Positions 18,657 through 26,637 of a stretch of DNA of 62,918 nucleotides are shown here, one piece after another. The position numbers were made by a program, and so were the translations under genes. Origin of the DNA: Gemmatimonadota bacterium (lineage in GTDB: Bacteria; Gemmatimonadota; Gemmatimonadetes; Gemmatimonadales; Gemmatimonadaceae); NCBI GenBank assembly GCA_040389905.1, contig JAZJZK010000012.1:1-62918 (forward strand). The letters are read 5' to 3'. The notes below the pieces were generated by a model. That model worked only from the letters and a program-made list of their open reading frames with translations, had not been told where the DNA came from and did no database searches. Every line of letters starts with the position of its first letter. The stretch's first letter is position 1.

Positions 18657-21329
18657 CTACGGTACGAGCGCCGCAATCTTCGCCGGCTTCGTGTTCGCGT
18701 TCTTCACGTAGAGATCGAGCCACGCGACCCACCGGCCCCATTGGTCGAGCAGCGTTTCCTGGATCAGCGGCCCGTGGTCCTCGTACGGATACATGAACAA
18801 CGATGCTGGCTTACCCATGCCCTGCAATGCATGGAACAATCGAATCGAATTCGACGGATCCGTCCCCGTGTTCTGGTCTTCCATCGAATGATACATCAAC
18901 AGCGCGCCCTGGAGCCGATCCGCATTCAGGAAGGGTGACATCGCGAGATAGGTCTCGCGCGCTTCCCATAGATCGCGCCGCTCGCTCTGGAATCCGTTCG
19001 GCGTCAATGTGCGATTGTAGTTGCCGTCACCAGCGATACCGGCCTTGAAGAAGGGCAGGTTGACCATCGCGTTGACCGTGCTGAATGCGCCATACGAGTG
19101 CCCGCCGATGCCAAGCTTCTGGCGATCGATGATCCCCTGCCGATCCAATTCATCGATGACGGCCGTCAGGCCATTTCGCAGGTCGTTCACGTAATTGTCG
19201 TTCAGCCGGCCCGCCGTGCCGAAGATCGGAATGTCGGGCTGGACGACGGCATAACCCTGCGTCGCCATGATCTCCATCGAACGCGGACCAGCGGTTGGGA
19301 ATTTGTGCTTGTTGAACGTTCGCTTGGTCCGCTCGTACGAATCCTGATCGGTGTACTCGTATGGGTAGAACCAGAACATCGCGGGCAGCCGAGTGCCTTC
19401 GCGATAGCCCGGCGGGAAGGTGATATTGACCCACAGGGTCTTCCCGTCGGCGCGTGCGACCTGGATGGTCTTGCGCGGCATCGCCGTCACCTCCGGCGTC
19501 ACGTCCTTGTTCTCCGTCAAGCGCTTCAACTGTCCCGTCGCGCGATCGCGCAGGAATTGATCGGGCACCATCTTTTCCGTCTCGCGCGTGACGACGAAGC
19601 GGTTGAAGTCATTGTCCACTGGCACGGCGCCGCTCTCGAACACCGACGTATCCGCCTCGAAGAGCCGCGACTTTGCACCCGTCTCGAGATCGACCTTGTC
19701 GAGGAAAAGCCGCGGCGCCACTGCACGTGTGTCTTGCGCGTAGTGCGTGCCCTCCAGGAAGACACTCTTGCCGTCGCTACTGACTAACGCGGCGCGCTCA
19801 TCTCCCTCCTCACGGAGTACGACGGCACCGGGGTTGGTGTAGAAGCCATCATCCGCGCCGCCGCCTCGGCCACCCGCTCCACCGCCACCGCCACCTCCAC
19901 GACCGCCGCCGAAGCCTGCTTGCGCCCCGCGCGCGCGGAAGATCGTGTGCTTCTTCGAGGGATCGGCGAGTGAAACGGCGTACGTGTGCGTAACCCCGCT
20001 CACACTTTCGCTCAACAGGCTCCACTTGCCGTCGCTCAAGAAGACGAAACCGGCGATGCGATTATCGCTGTCCGTCAGCGGTCTTGCAGTCCCTGAGTCG
20101 AACGGGGCGTTCCACACATACAGGCGGTCCTTTCGGCGTGGGCCACGCGCACTATCGCCGGCCGCAGTGTCCGTCGTATCGACGGCCGGCGCAGCGCCCG
20201 CTCCACGTCCGCGACGCGGCGCGGGATCCTGCATCAAATAAGCGAGACCGCCCTTCGGCATCCATGCGAAGGCTCGACGCCCTGTATCGGCGGCGGCCGC
20301 CGGTGCGCCTGAGTCATCGCCGCCATTTCCCTCGCGCAGTGCGCGCCGAGTCAACGTTCCGACAGCCTTTCCATCCGCGGTCCACAGTTGCTCCAAACTC
20401 CCGAAAGCGGAAACGGGAACGGCATACGAGAACGGCTTTGTCATCGTCGTGACGCGGAGATACTTGCCGTCCGGCGCGATGCTGACGCTCTCGATCATTG
20501 CCGGCGCGCCCACCTCCTTCACGGTGCCCTTGAGGTCGATGCGCGCGAGTTGTCCTGTCGCGAAGTACTCGAGCTGCGCCTTCTCGAGCGGCGTCTGCAT
20601 GAGGCTCGCGTACGTTGGGGTCTTTGCCTTCACACTGTTCGTCAGGCGCACCACAGGCCCCTCGGCCACCTCCGGTTCCTTCGGCATCGGTGCGCGCTTC
20701 GACGGGATCAGCACGGCGTAGACCGCGCTGCCGTCCGGCGCCCAGTCGAGCGCAGTGGCGATGACGGGAAGTGCGGCAGTCGTCGTGAGTTTCTTCGCCG
20801 CACCTGTTTTCGCGTCCGCGACGTAGACGTACGTCGCATCATCGAAGTTCGCGAAAAATGCGATCTTCGATCCGTCCGGGGACCACGAGGGCTCCGACAC
20901 GGACGCGCCGGCCGGCGCCTGCACGTTCGTGCGCGCGCCGGTTTCGGCATCGACGATCTCGATGTTCGATTGACCGCGCGTGGTGAAGTTCCGCACGCGA
21001 TTCGCGCGATAGTCCACCTGAAGTCCGCCAAAGTAGTAGTGCGCCTTCGCGAACTTCGCGGCATTGCCGAGTCCCTCGCCATGAATCACGAGGAAATGCT
21101 TTCGGTCGGGACTTTGTTGCGTGAGGGTGGAGTTTGACTGCCGCGGCGCGGTCACGAGCTTCGCGACGTCCGCCGGCGGACGCACGTAACGCTCGGTGGC
21201 GAGCAGCGCCTTGTCGGCTTCGACGGACTGTTGGGCGCCGAGTGGTGCGAATGCGATGGCGGCGATGACTGCGCCAAGGAGTCGCGAGTTGGTGGTCGGC
21301 GCGATGAGACGCATCGCGATGAGACGCAT
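18657..21329 (-). CDS. S9-family peptidase with beta-propeller domain
   Basis: Signal peptide, PD40-like WSPDGS, nucleophile GGHSYG, EDQN Asp, EDHG His, Gly-rich insert. GGAG RBS before ATG 21329. Confidence 0.92.
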   Translation of the reverse strand: MRLIAMRLIAPTTNSRLLGAVIAAIAFAPLGAQQSVEADKALLATERYVRPPADVAKLVTAPRQSNSTLTQQSPDRKHFLVIHGEGLGNAAKFAKAHYYFGGLQVDYRANRVRNFTTRGQSNIEIVDAETGARTNVQAPAGASVSEPSWSPDGSKIAFFANFDDATYVYVADAKTGAAKKLTTTAALPVIATALDWAPDGSAVYAVLIPSKRAPMPKEPEVAEGPVVRLTNSVKAKTPTYASLMQTPLEKAQLEYFATGQLARIDLKGTVKEVGAPAMIESVSIAPDGKYLRVTTMTKPFSYAVPVSAFGSLEQLWTADGKAVGTLTRRALREGNGGDDSGAPAAAADTGRRAFAWMPKGGLAYLMQDPAPRRGRGAGAAPAVDTTDTAAGDSARGPRRKDRLYVWNAPFDSGTARPLTDSDNRIAGFVFLSDGKWSLLSESVSGVTHTYAVSLADPSKKHTIFRARGAQAGFGGGRGGGGGGGAGGRGGGADDGFYTNPGAVVLREEGDERAALVSSDGKSVFLEGTHYAQDTRAVAPRLFLDKVDLETGAKSRLFEADTSVFESGAVPVDNDFNRFVVTRETEKMVPDQFLRDRATGQLKRLTENKDVTPEVTAMPRKTIQVARADGKTLWVNITFPPGYREGTRLPAMFWFYPYEYTDQDSYERTKRTFNKHKFPTAGPRSMEIMATQGYAVVQPDIPIFGTAGRLNDNYVNDLRNGLTAVIDELDRQGIIDRQKLGIGGHSYGAFSTVNAMVNLPFFKAGIAGDGNYNRTLTPNGFQSERRDLWEARETYLAMSPFLNADRLQGALLMYHSMEDQNTGTDPSNSIRLFHALQGMGKPASLFMYPYEDHGPLIQETLLDQWGRWVAWLDLYVKNANTKPAKIAALVP

Positions 21330-21435
21330 ACAGATGCTCCGGATGGTGGAGACGATGGGAGTCGCTGCCACTATATGCGACCATTCCGGTGATCGTTGCA
21401 ACCCCCTCGCACGACCAGCGAACGAAACCGCGTTG

Positions 21436-21573
21436 TTCGGAATCGAACGACAGATTGTTCGGATTCTACGGATTTTCACGGATTGAAATACAAAAGCTGA
21501 CCTCAGCGTCCGAGGCCAGCCTTTCTGATGTATCCGTGCAACTCCGAACAAGCCGTCAAATCTGCTTCATTCC
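21436..21573. repeat. Palindromic element of the same family, copy 2
   Basis: ~9-nt periodic CAGATT/CGGATT units on the left, ATCCG/AATCTG on the right. 21553-21571 is identical to 18594-18612 (CCGTCAAATCTGCTTCATT). Confidence 0.75.
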
Positions 21574-21606
21574 CAACATTCAACGCATTTCACAACCGCA
21601 GTTGCC

Positions 21607-22149
21607 TCACGCCCCTACCAACATTCGTCTCCTCACCGCGGCCAACCGCTTCCGCACCGATCCGTCGAGCACCGTATCCCCGACGTGCACGATTACTCCC
21701 CCCATGATCGACGGATCCACCGTAAGATGCGGTATGACATCCTTCCCGAAGACGCGCGAGAGCTGCGCAGCGATCTCCGACTTCTCGGAATCCGGCGTTT
21801 CGCGCGCAACCGTCACGCGCGCGTGCAGGCGACCCTCCGCCGCATCCACCAGATCGAGATACTCGCGCGCGATCTCCGGAATCAGCATCTGCCGGCGGTG
21901 CGACACCAGCGACTGAAGGAAGCGCAGAAAGTTGCGCGGCATCCGATCCTTGAATGCCGTCTGGAGCACGGCGTTCTTGTCCGCCGCACCAACGCGCGGT
22001 GATTCGAGGAAGAGGCGCAGCGTCGGGTTCTGGCCCATCGCGTCGGCGACGTCCGTGATCATCGAGCCCCAGCCGCGCAGGTCATTCGCCTTGCCGGCGA
22101 GCACCAACAACGTCTCGGCGTAGTTTCTGGCGATCGTCGTGTCGCGCAT
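21607..22149 (-). CDS. atpH: ATP synthase F1 subunit delta
   Basis: IARNYAETL, VDPSIMGGVIVHVGDTVLDGSV; lies after atpF. Confidence 0.95.
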   Translation of the reverse strand: MRDTTIARNYAETLLVLAGKANDLRGWGSMITDVADAMGQNPTLRLFLESPRVGAADKNAVLQTAFKDRMPRNFLRFLQSLVSHRRQMLIPEIAREYLDLVDAAEGRLHARVTVARETPDSEKSEIAAQLSRVFGKDVIPHLTVDPSIMGGVIVHVGDTVLDGSVRKRLAAVRRRMLVGA

Positions 22150-22152
22150 CGC

Positions 22153-22740
22153 TTAGCGGCTCGCCGTTACGGCGGCCGGTGACACGCTGGCGAGGAAGCT
22201 TTCGACGAGCTGGCGGTTGGTCGGCTGATCGAGGTTCTTCTCGATCACCTTGCTGGCGCCCGCAATCGCGAGATCGACGGCTTCGCGCCGAAGTTCGGCG
22301 ATCGCCTTGGACTTCTCGCTCTCGATGTCCTGCCGAGCGCGCGCGAGCAGCGCCGCCTGTTCAGTATGTGCCTTTTCGATCAGCTCGGCGCCAACGCGCT
22401 CTGCGGCGACGCGGGCATCGGTGATGAGCTTCTGGGCTTCGCCGCGCGATGCGTCGAGCGCGGCACGGTGCTGCGCGAGCACACGCGCCGCCTCGTCGCG
22501 ATCGGCCTTGGCACCGGCGATCGCGTCTTCGAGCGCCTTCTCGCGCGCCTCGACGGCGGCCGTGATCGGGCCGAAGGCGAACTTCGCCAAACCGAAGACG
22601 AGGATAGCAAAAATGAACAGCGTCCAGACCATCAGCCCGTAGTTGGGATCGAGCAGGCCCTTGGCCTTCTCGGCTTCCTGCGCGGCCAGTGGCGCAGCAG
22701 TCAGGGCGAGAAGAACGAACGAATTACGCAGGATGCGCAT
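22153..22740 (-). CDS. atpF: ATP synthase F0 subunit b, with signal-peptide-like leader
   Basis: LLDPNYGLMVWTLFIF...KFAFGPI...REKALEDAI followed by a long coiled coil. Confidence 0.93.
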   Translation of the reverse strand: MRILRNSFVLLALTAAPLAAQEAEKAKGLLDPNYGLMVWTLFIFAILVFGLAKFAFGPITAAVEAREKALEDAIAGAKADRDEAARVLAQHRAALDASRGEAQKLITDARVAAERVGAELIEKAHTEQAALLARARQDIESEKSKAIAELRREAVDLAIAGASKVIEKNLDQPTNRQLVESFLASVSPAAVTASR

Positions 22741-22749
22741 TGGAAAATT

Positions 22750-22793
22750 CAAAGAAAGAGAAGAGCCGCCGGCGTCCGAGGACGCCGGCGCTC
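22750..22793 (-). terminator. Intra-operon hairpin plus U-rich tail between atpE and atpF
   Basis: GCCGGCGTCC (22768-22777) pairs with GGACGCCGGC (22780-22789), followed on the minus strand by TTCTCTTTCTTT. Confidence 0.6.
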
Positions 22794-22796
22794 GAA

Positions 22797-23093
22797 TTAG
22801 AAAGCGATCTTCTGGCCCATCGAAAAGCCGATGACGACCGCGAACAGCGCGGCCGCTTCGATCAGTCCGGCGAAGATGATACCGGCGATCTGGATGCGTG
22901 CTGCCATCTCTGGCTGGCGGGCCATGCCTTCAACGGCCTGGCCACCGATGCGGCCGATGCCGATACCCGCGCCGATGACGCCGAGTCCGGCGGCAAGACC
23001 CGCACCGATCGCAACGAGGCCTTTGGCACTCGCAGTGGCCGCGGCCGCGTCCTGCGGAACTGCCTGCAGCAGCGAAAGAATCGTGTGAACCAT
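22797..23093 (-). CDS. atpE: ATP synthase F0 subunit c (H+-type signature)
   Basis: GxGxGxG helix, RQPE loop, LIEAAALF carboxylate. Lacks the Q...ES/T Na+ signature. GGAG RBS. Confidence 0.96.
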   Translation of the reverse strand: MVHTILSLLQAVPQDAAAATASAKGLVAIGAGLAAGLGVIGAGIGIGRIGGQAVEGMARQPEMAARIQIAGIIFAGLIEAAALFAVVIGFSMGQKIAF

Positions 23094-23246
23094 GGTTAAT
23101 CTCCAATCGTTTCGAAACGTGAACCCTCAGCGCCCGCGGCGTTTGCCGCCGTCCGTCGGCGAGACCCTGAGTCTCAACGGACATCGCCAGCCACTCGACT
23201 GGCTACCTGTAGCACGGACGGGCGAGCTCCGTGCTTTGCTGCTCTT

Positions 23247-24245
23247 CTAGTGGTGCGCTCTGATCGTCCCGATGAACACACTCGCCAGCAGCGAGAAGAT
23301 GAACGCCTGCAGAAACGACACGAACAATTCGAGCACCATGATCGCCGTCGCCATGAGAATCGGCGGCAGGACGATCAGGAAGGTGAATGGCGGATGTGAC
23401 ACGATCGCGCTCGCGAAGGCGAAGATCAGCGACACCATGCCCAGCACGACGATGTGACCCGCCGTCATGTTGGCGAACAGTCGGATCGCCAGTGCGAAGG
23501 GCTTGGAGAACTTGCCGATGATCTCGACGGGGGTCATCAGCAGAAACATGAATTCCCGGACGCCGACCGGCAGTTCCTTGTTCCAATAGAAGATCGTGTT
23601 CAGATACCCGATGCCATTGGCGCGGATACCGGCGATCTCCACCATGAAGAAGGTGATGATGGCCAGAGTCGCCGTGACCGAGATGTTTCCGGTTGCCGTC
23701 GAGCCGTACGGAATCAGCCCGAGGATGTTGGCGAAGAGGATGAACCAGAACAGCGTCAGCACGAAGGGCACGTACTTCTCGCCGTGATGGCCGAGGTTTG
23801 GAAGTGCCACTTCCTGACGGATGTAGAGGACCATCGCTTCGATACCATTCGCGAAGCCACCCTTCGGCCGCCCGATCAGCGAGGTGTGACGCACATGGGC
23901 GCGCGCCGCCGAAATCAGGACGAGGAAGCAGAGGACCGCGGCGAGCAACAGGTAGACGACATGGCGCGTCGGCGAAAGGTCGATCTCGACATTGCCAACA
24001 TGGATCGGCGTCCAGCGCGGCAATTCGAGCTCGTGCGGTTCCCAGAATTTCGGAAAGCCCGGATACTCGAGGCAGTGGGAATCCGTGATATGTGGCGTCA
24101 CGATGTCGCCCGGCGCGTATTCCTCGCAGGCGTGGTGCTTGGCCGCGGGCTCGAGCGCCGCGTGCTCCTGCGCACTCAACTGCGTGCCCGCGAGCAACAA
24201 GGCCAGCGCCAATGAGGCGGTCTTCAGTAGAGAACTGGTGTTCAT
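23247..24245 (-). CDS. atpB: ATP synthase F0 subunit a, with signal-peptide-like leader
   Basis: TATGNISVT, KPFALAIRLFANMTAGH, LQAFIFSLL. Confidence 0.96.
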   Translation of the reverse strand: MNTSSLLKTASLALALLLAGTQLSAQEHAALEPAAKHHACEEYAPGDIVTPHITDSHCLEYPGFPKFWEPHELELPRWTPIHVGNVEIDLSPTRHVVYLLLAAVLCFLVLISAARAHVRHTSLIGRPKGGFANGIEAMVLYIRQEVALPNLGHHGEKYVPFVLTLFWFILFANILGLIPYGSTATGNISVTATLAIITFFMVEIAGIRANGIGYLNTIFYWNKELPVGVREFMFLLMTPVEIIGKFSKPFALAIRLFANMTAGHIVVLGMVSLIFAFASAIVSHPPFTFLIVLPPILMATAIMVLELFVSFLQAFIFSLLASVFIGTIRAHH

Positions 24246-24607
24246 AGAAATAGGAACGGCGCTTCGATCAGTTCAGTCAACGAGAAATATGTCGCAAGGC
24301 TCACCAGCGCCGCGGTCTGCGGCAGCCCGAGCGCTCGACTCGCGAATCCGTACACAATCAGCGCCGCCAAGCAGATCAACGCGCCGACTCCCCAACCTGC
24401 AATGCCATTGCCCTTGTCCGCCATCATGCGGGCGATCGCAAAGGCCACCAACTGAACCACAATCGCCACCGCCGCGCTCACCCACACCGCCGGACGGCCC
24501 GCTGCGTCGAACACCGCCGTCATGATCCCACCGGCCAGTCCGACCACGACCAGACAGGAGAGCCCGTAGAGCGCGATGGCCCGTCCGGTGGATTTCTGCG
24601 CGGTCAC
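24242..24607 (-). CDS. AtpI-like membrane protein
   Basis: Four TM segments; 4-nt overlaps with both neighbours; position directly upstream of atpB. Confidence 0.7.
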   Translation of the reverse strand: MTAQKSTGRAIALYGLSCLVVVGLAGGIMTAVFDAAGRPAVWVSAAVAIVVQLVAFAIARMMADKGNGIAGWGVGALICLAALIVYGFASRALGLPQTAALVSLATYFSLTELIEAPFLFL

Positions 24608-24861
24608 AACCGCCTGTCTTTTCTGGCGGCCTTCGCGGCGTCATCCCTTGCCTGAACCGCCATGAGCTTCGTGTACATGCTATAAAAGCTCAACCCCGCC
24701 CCGAAAAACACTCCGATGATGAGGAGCCACGGCGCCGTGTCGAGCTTTCGGTCGAGCCACTGCCCAGCGTAGACAAAGACCAGAATCGAAATTGCGAACT
24801 GGAAAGCGACTCCAGAATACTCGCCAAGCGGCGTATCGCCGTCCTTTCCTGTCCCAGTCAT
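24604..24861 (-). CDS. AtpZ/AtpI (ATPase gene1) family protein
   Basis: GQWLDRKLDTAPWLLIIGVFFG motif. Confidence 0.88.
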   Translation of the reverse strand: MTGTGKDGDTPLGEYSGVAFQFAISILVFVYAGQWLDRKLDTAPWLLIIGVFFGAGLSFYSMYTKLMAVQARDDAAKAARKDRRL

Positions 24862-24870
24862 TCGAGGCGG

Positions 24871-24898
24871 AATCTAGTGCTTGTGAAATTTTTCGCAA
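24871..24898 (-). promoter_or_regulatory. Sigma70-type promoter of the atp operon
   Basis: Minus strand TTGCGA-16 nt-TAGATT. The -10 ends 9 nt before the ATG at 24861, so the transcript would be near-leaderless. Confidence 0.55.
24881..24898. promoter_or_regulatory. Rex-type operator (ROP)
   Basis: TTGTGAA-attt-TTCGCAA against consensus TTGTGAA-N4-TTCACAA (13/14); overlaps the -35 and spacer. Confidence 0.75.
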
Positions 24899-24988
24899 GC
24901 GATCTGGCGGTGCTGCGGTGGCGCGTTCCGAGTCCCGCAGAAATCCCGCAAACGTATGTGGTATAGTAACTTGCGATAAGTAGTATCG

Positions 24989-25202
24989 GGCAGACCGCCG
25001 ACAAACCTGGCCACCGACGTTCGACGTCAAAGCGGTGGTCACTCCCTTGCTGGCGGGTTCATTCCAGAATTGGAATGAAGCCAGCAGACCCAAACCCGTG
25101 CCCGCACCGCGTCTCCCGGCCGCCTGTCAAGATCGTTGTCGCAGTCCGGTAACGGTGGCGAACTGAACGGGCGTGAACCCCAAGTGTGTCGTACTATCTG
25201 CC
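24989..25202 (-). ncRNA. Candidate structured RNA (four-way junction), family unknown
   Basis: Closing stem plus three hairpin arms found by eye. Most mismatches resolve as G-U pairs on the minus strand. Confidence 0.4.
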
Positions 25203-25352
25203 AGATCGCGTCCTGTCGAATCGGCTGGAAAGCGCAGCGCCAAGCGTTTTCAACCGGGCGTAACGAACGTTGCCTATGCGACAAATGTCCGCAACTTGGC
25301 GAGAAGCTCGCAAGTGCTGTTGCCGCCTCAACTTTCGTTGTGACGTCTCATG

Positions 25353-25381
25353 TTGACTATTCGTCTGGATGTTGATAAGTT
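25353..25381 (+). promoter_or_regulatory. Sigma70-type promoter of the BsuPI-domain gene
   Basis: TTGACT-17 nt-TAAGTT with extended TG. Confidence 0.6.
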
Positions 25382-25448
25382 CGCACTCCAACGGATGTGT
25401 GAGCGTCGTCGGCTCATTCCACATCAGGCCCATTTCGGTCAAATCGTC

Positions 25449-25934
25449 ATGAATTCCCGCTTGCTCATCACATTGCTTTGCGCCGGAGCTGTCGCACTCG
25501 CGTGCGGCTCGCTTTCTCGAAACGACGTAGCGCGCGAAGAGAGCTTGCGACGTTCAACGAGTACTGCGACGACCGGCAGCGCATCGGCTACACCGAAAAT
25601 CATCGGCAACTTCGCGGTCAACATCGAACCGCACGCGCTGCGCTTCGCGCTCAACGTCACGAACAGCGGCAAGAAAGACGTCGAGCTCGAGTTCCCCAAT
25701 GGGCAGCAGTACGAATTCACCGTGCTCGACTCCATTGGACGGGAAGTCTATCGCTGGGGCATGGGCCGCATGTTTACACAGTCCATGCAGAACAGATCGA
25801 TCGACGTCGGTGACGCGCTGCAGATTACCGAGGTCGCGGAGACAACACTGCCACGCGGCAAGTACGTCGCCGTCGCCACGCTCCGCAGCACCAACTTCCC
25901 CATCAAGCAGAGTTCGCAATTCGAGCTGCGCTGA
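25449..25934 (+). CDS. BsuPI (proteinase inhibitor-like) domain lipoprotein
   Basis: Lipobox ALAC; VTNSGKKDVELEFPNGQQYEF and EVYRWGMGRMFTQS patterns. Confidence 0.8.
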   Translation: MNSRLLITLLCAGAVALACGSLSRNDVAREESLRRSTSTATTGSASATPKIIGNFAVNIEPHALRFALNVTNSGKKDVELEFPNGQQYEFTVLDSIGREVYRWGMGRMFTQSMQNRSIDVGDALQITEVAETTLPRGKYVAVATLRSTNFPIKQSSQFELR

Positions 25935-25985
25935 CGCGTGTGACCTTGGCGCATTTGCCGAGGTTGAGCGAGGTGTAGGATCCCT

Positions 25986-26022
25986 AACGTCATTCGGGTT
26001 TCCGGGTGACGTTTCGTGTTTT
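25986..26022 (+). terminator. Probable intrinsic terminator
   Basis: AACGTCATTCGG-gttt-CCGGGTGACGTT followed by TCGTGTTTT. Confidence 0.5.
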
Positions 26023-26205
26023 CTCCACTTTACGCGACGTGGCGACCGCGTGCAGTGATGTGCTCAGGGCTCCGCAACCGTTATCTCGGTCGATGGAACG
26101 GCGACCACCTTGCTCGCGACTGCGCAGCAAACGGAGTTCCCTTCTCTCGATACCCGTGATTCCCCGGACAACCGTGCGTGTCCATCGCGCCACTTCGCGC
26201 GGTGT

Positions 26206-26421
26206 TCAAGACTTCTCGGTCACGACGAGCGATATCCCCTGCATTGTCGCCAGCGCGCCACCCGTCATTGCCGTGACGCAAATGCCGAGGTGCACGAATG
26301 CCGACTTGACGGTGTCCTTCAGCGCCAAAGCTGAGCCGTCGGCGTTCCTCGCGAAGAACAATCCCGCGACGGGTGCGCATTCGTTCTCGATGTCCGCGCA
26401 CGCCGTACTCGGATCACGCAT
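26206..26421 (-). CDS. Possible small hypothetical protein (71 aa)
   Basis: Reads like plausible protein in a ~700-nt gap. No RBS or recognised motif. Confidence 0.25.
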   Translation of the reverse strand: MRDPSTACADIENECAPVAGLFFARNADGSALALKDTVKSAFVHLGICVTAMTGGALATMQGISLVVTEKS

Positions 26422-26637
26422 CGAACTGTCGAGGGCTGATGGCGTCGCCCTTACAATCGTTGTGAACGCTCTCGGCGACCGTCGACAGTGTGATCGCCTT
26501 GACGCTCACGATCGGTAATCCAGGAAAGGACGCGGGAGATCACCTTCGCAACCTCGCGCGCTCCCGCAGTCGCCATTTCCGGAACGCACGATACCTTAGC
26601 GGGTGACTCCCCTCGGACGCACCGCTCGCGCCATGTC

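Noticed and set aside
19855..19915. Gly-rich repeat in the S9 peptidase, and the Pro/Ala repeat in E2 (about 58280-58440)
   Set aside because: Ordinary low-complexity protein linkers.
22797..23093. Na+-coupled ATP synthase
   Set aside because: Subunit c lacks the Gln and the Ser/Thr after Glu that mark Na+ binding.
24989..25202. 6S RNA, SRP RNA, RNase P or tmRNA identity
   Set aside because: No GGAAG-type SRP loop, GAGGAAAGUCC or tRNA-like ends, and the branched fold is unlike the 6S rod. Judged by eye only.
26023..26205. Several short hairpins after the BsuPI terminator
   Set aside because: Short imperfect stems expected at this GC content; no closing structure or strand bias seen.
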